The position numbers and the translations under genes are program-made. Positions 61,600 to 64,000 of a stretch of DNA of 64,000 bases are shown here, in pieces. The stretch is from the NCBI RefSeq assembly GCF_032062105.1, contig NW_026931523.1, positions 186,001 to 250,000 of the forward strand, written 5' to 3'. The notes below the pieces were generated by a model that was given only the letters and a program-made list of their open reading frames with translations, did no database searches and was not told where the DNA came from. This DNA comes from Saccostrea cucullata (lineage: Eukaryota). Within the stretch, counting starts at the first letter, position 1, and each line of letters opens with the position of its first letter.

Positions 61600-62100
61600 T
61601 CAATGTTGACTTTTCCATTTGAACGAAACAAGAAGGGTGGTTTGAGCACTGGGAATATGGTAATTTGATAAAAACAACGTATGGCATCTTATATTATAAA
61701 GAGGGTCGAAGTTTCTCAATTGCAGGTCAAACTCCAAGGTCAAAATCAAAAGGTCAAAATTATTGGTATTGACACTAGGACACAAATATAATAAGCTATA
61801 TATAGTGATAATAACTGCTCAAAAGTTATAGCCAAGGTTAAAGTTATTTTAATGTGATAAAACTCTAAGGTCAAGGTCAAAAATAATTTATACCCCATTG
61901 AATTTTTTTTACATGGAATACACAGGTAAAATATAATGACCCTAGCAAAACTTTTCAAAAGTTATCAATGGCCAAAGTTGAAGTTTGGAAATTTGTTGTA
62001 AAACGTAATAGTGGAACAAACTGGTACCTTAAGAAAACATGATGTAAAATGAAATCCATAGCCCCATCCACTCAAAAGTTTTGGACAAGGTTTAAGTTTC
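61600..62100. repeat. Degenerate bivalve tandem repeat (CAAGGTCAA / CAAAAGTTAT units)
   Basis: Recurring AAGGTCAA..., TCAAAAGTTAT..GCCAAGGTT units at roughly 130-140-bp spacing. Confidence 0.55.
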
Positions 62101-62588
62101 ATTACAATTGTAAAAAATTGTTACATTATTATGCATACGCAATGTTCCTCCTAGGCCCTTGATTTCACCTCTGGGATTATCGGAGTTTGTTTATTATGCC
62201 CAGTTTATAAATATGCATAGTTTGTAATTTTTGAGATACAACACTGTAGTACACATAGATCATTGTGATTATCTTTATATTTGAAAATTAACTGTAATTT
62301 CAATTTAGCCATTTTATTTGTGGATGTTTTTAGGGATTGAAGGGGCTCACGTAGGGTATTCAATGTTCACCTGAAATATATCTTTTTTCATGAGTAACTG
62401 GAATAAAGTAAGAAATATAAATTCAAATCGGAATTGAAATAAGAATAAAAAATCTTTGAAAATATGCATGAAACTCAAATAACTAACAAAATAGCAGTAG
62501 AATTTAATTATTGTCATTGTGATGGTGTTAATGGTTTTTAGTGTATTCATTTTTGTATTCTTTCTAGCTTAGACAATCTACACTGAAA

Positions 62589-63575
62589 ATGGAGCGAAAA
62601 GCATTGAAGTCCATTTCACTTTTTATTGTTTTTAATATACTTCCTGTAAGTATTTGTTTTACTTAACATAAAGTAATATTTCAATACCAAATCTTTCCAA
62701 AAATCAAAAGAGAGATAAATATTCTTTAAAATAACATTTCCCTATAAATAAATTCAAATTGCTTTTTAAATTCATATTTTACATTTTTACTATGTTTTTA
62801 CAACAAGATTACATATTAACAAAATTTTAAAAACAAAAATTATTGACCACAGACAATTAATGTTACTTTTGGATCCTAGCTAGTGAGATATGTCTTTCAA
62901 AATACTGATGGATAACAAGCTTACCGCATTATGGTTAGGAATACACAAAATTAATGTATTTTATTTTTATTTTTTTTTTAAGATTTGCATACAATAATTG
63001 CTAGAAAAATTTGCAAATTTCCCAAGAAAGCGTTACATTTCATTACATTTTCAAAATTGAATTTTGAAATTTTCCTAAATCTCTTTTGAAAAAATTGAAA
63101 TGTATGTTATACTTTCAAATGCAACATTTCTTTACAGCATGCTATCATATGTGATCGCTACTGCGAATGGTCCAAGAAATCAATGACGATAGCAAACAGT
63201 TGCCCAACAAATAAGGCCGACTTCCAAACAGCATCAAAAACTAAAAACTGCGAGTCAATGGCCGAAAAACAAAACTGCACGGAAAAATCTAAATTCAAAT
63301 ATCACTGCCTCATAAATGAATTAGAGGAAGTGATGGTGGAAGTATGCGCTCCTGAATTTTATATCCAAGGTATACACAATTACATTTACGATGTATTGAT
63401 TGTTAAAACAATAATTTTTTTTTCATTTACACTAAAGTAATTATTTTTTCAATATAAGGATACTGTACAGAATATAATATAAATGGTGCCAGAATCCAAG
63501 ATCATCTTTATTTGAGAAATGGAAGTATAGCAGTTCCCTTCACGAGTCGCTATATATCAACTGATGCTTATAAAT
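62589..63575 (+). CDS. Receptor R3, 5' part (signal peptide and Cys-rich ectodomain); continues beyond the window
   Basis: Exons 62589-62645 (MERKALKSISLFIVFNILP), 63138-63369 and 63459-63575, with the same phases as R1/R2; FKYHCLIN..EVCAP..GYCTEYN..IQDH..YISTDAY. Confidence 0.85.
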
Positions 63576-64000
63576 GTAAGGCAGACCGACCACTCAGTCA
63601 CTAATCTTCTGATATTAAAAAGTTACTCTTCTCAAATAGATTTGAAAAAAATTAAAGAGATAAAAATTATTAGATGCTGTATGCATAAGGTAAAACGGAT
63701 AAATGTAAGTTTATTAGTATTGCTAAAAATCACAATTATATAAAGCATTTCTTGCTAAATTGTGATCTAATTATATCAAGGATACATTTTCAAACAAGAA
63801 ATTCATTCATTACAGCACAGCCATGCATGCAGTCATAGCAATGTTATGATAACATTATCATATTGGTTAAAAAAATCCTTAAATACTTATTTTGATGAGA
63901 CTTCCAGTGACCACTAGGTCAGGTTGTATTTTTTTTGTTAAGCAACATGTCTCATACTACAAAATAATCAGAGTATCATCGTGTTATAGTCAAAGCTGCT

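Overview
AT-rich, intron-rich animal genomic DNA, most likely an oyster (Ostreidae), judged from its SINE, satellite and Penelope-like repeats and its gene families. The ORF track misses most genes because they are spliced, so I rebuilt the gene models by hand from splice sites and reading-frame phase. From left to right: RPL36A (-) and cytosolic thiolase ACAT2 (+) share a ~140-bp bidirectional promoter; a divergent pair of secreted globular-head C1q genes follows, one with a broken splice acceptor; then an apparent immune cluster. The cluster holds two complete copies and the start of a third copy of a type-I membrane protein: signal peptide, 10-Cys ectodomain, Ser/Thr stalk, TM helix, a string of symmetric phase-1 micro-exons, and one ~2.2-2.3-kb exon encoding a STAND-class (nSTAND3-like) NTPase, winged helix and ankyrin repeats, with no death-fold effector. 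Both complete copies sit head-to-head with a small mini-EMI/EGF single-pass receptor whose tail carries ITIM-like tyrosine motifs (plus YxN motifs in the first). All three STAND-receptor genes have the identical IRF-element-like 14-mer TCTACTTTCGTTTT upstream. This repeated two-gene cassette (membrane-anchored NLR-like STAND receptor plus tyrosine-motif co-receptor) is the best candidate for an undescribed system. The remainder is SINEs, MITEs, hairpin elements and decayed retroelements. No database searches were run, so family names are pattern-based.
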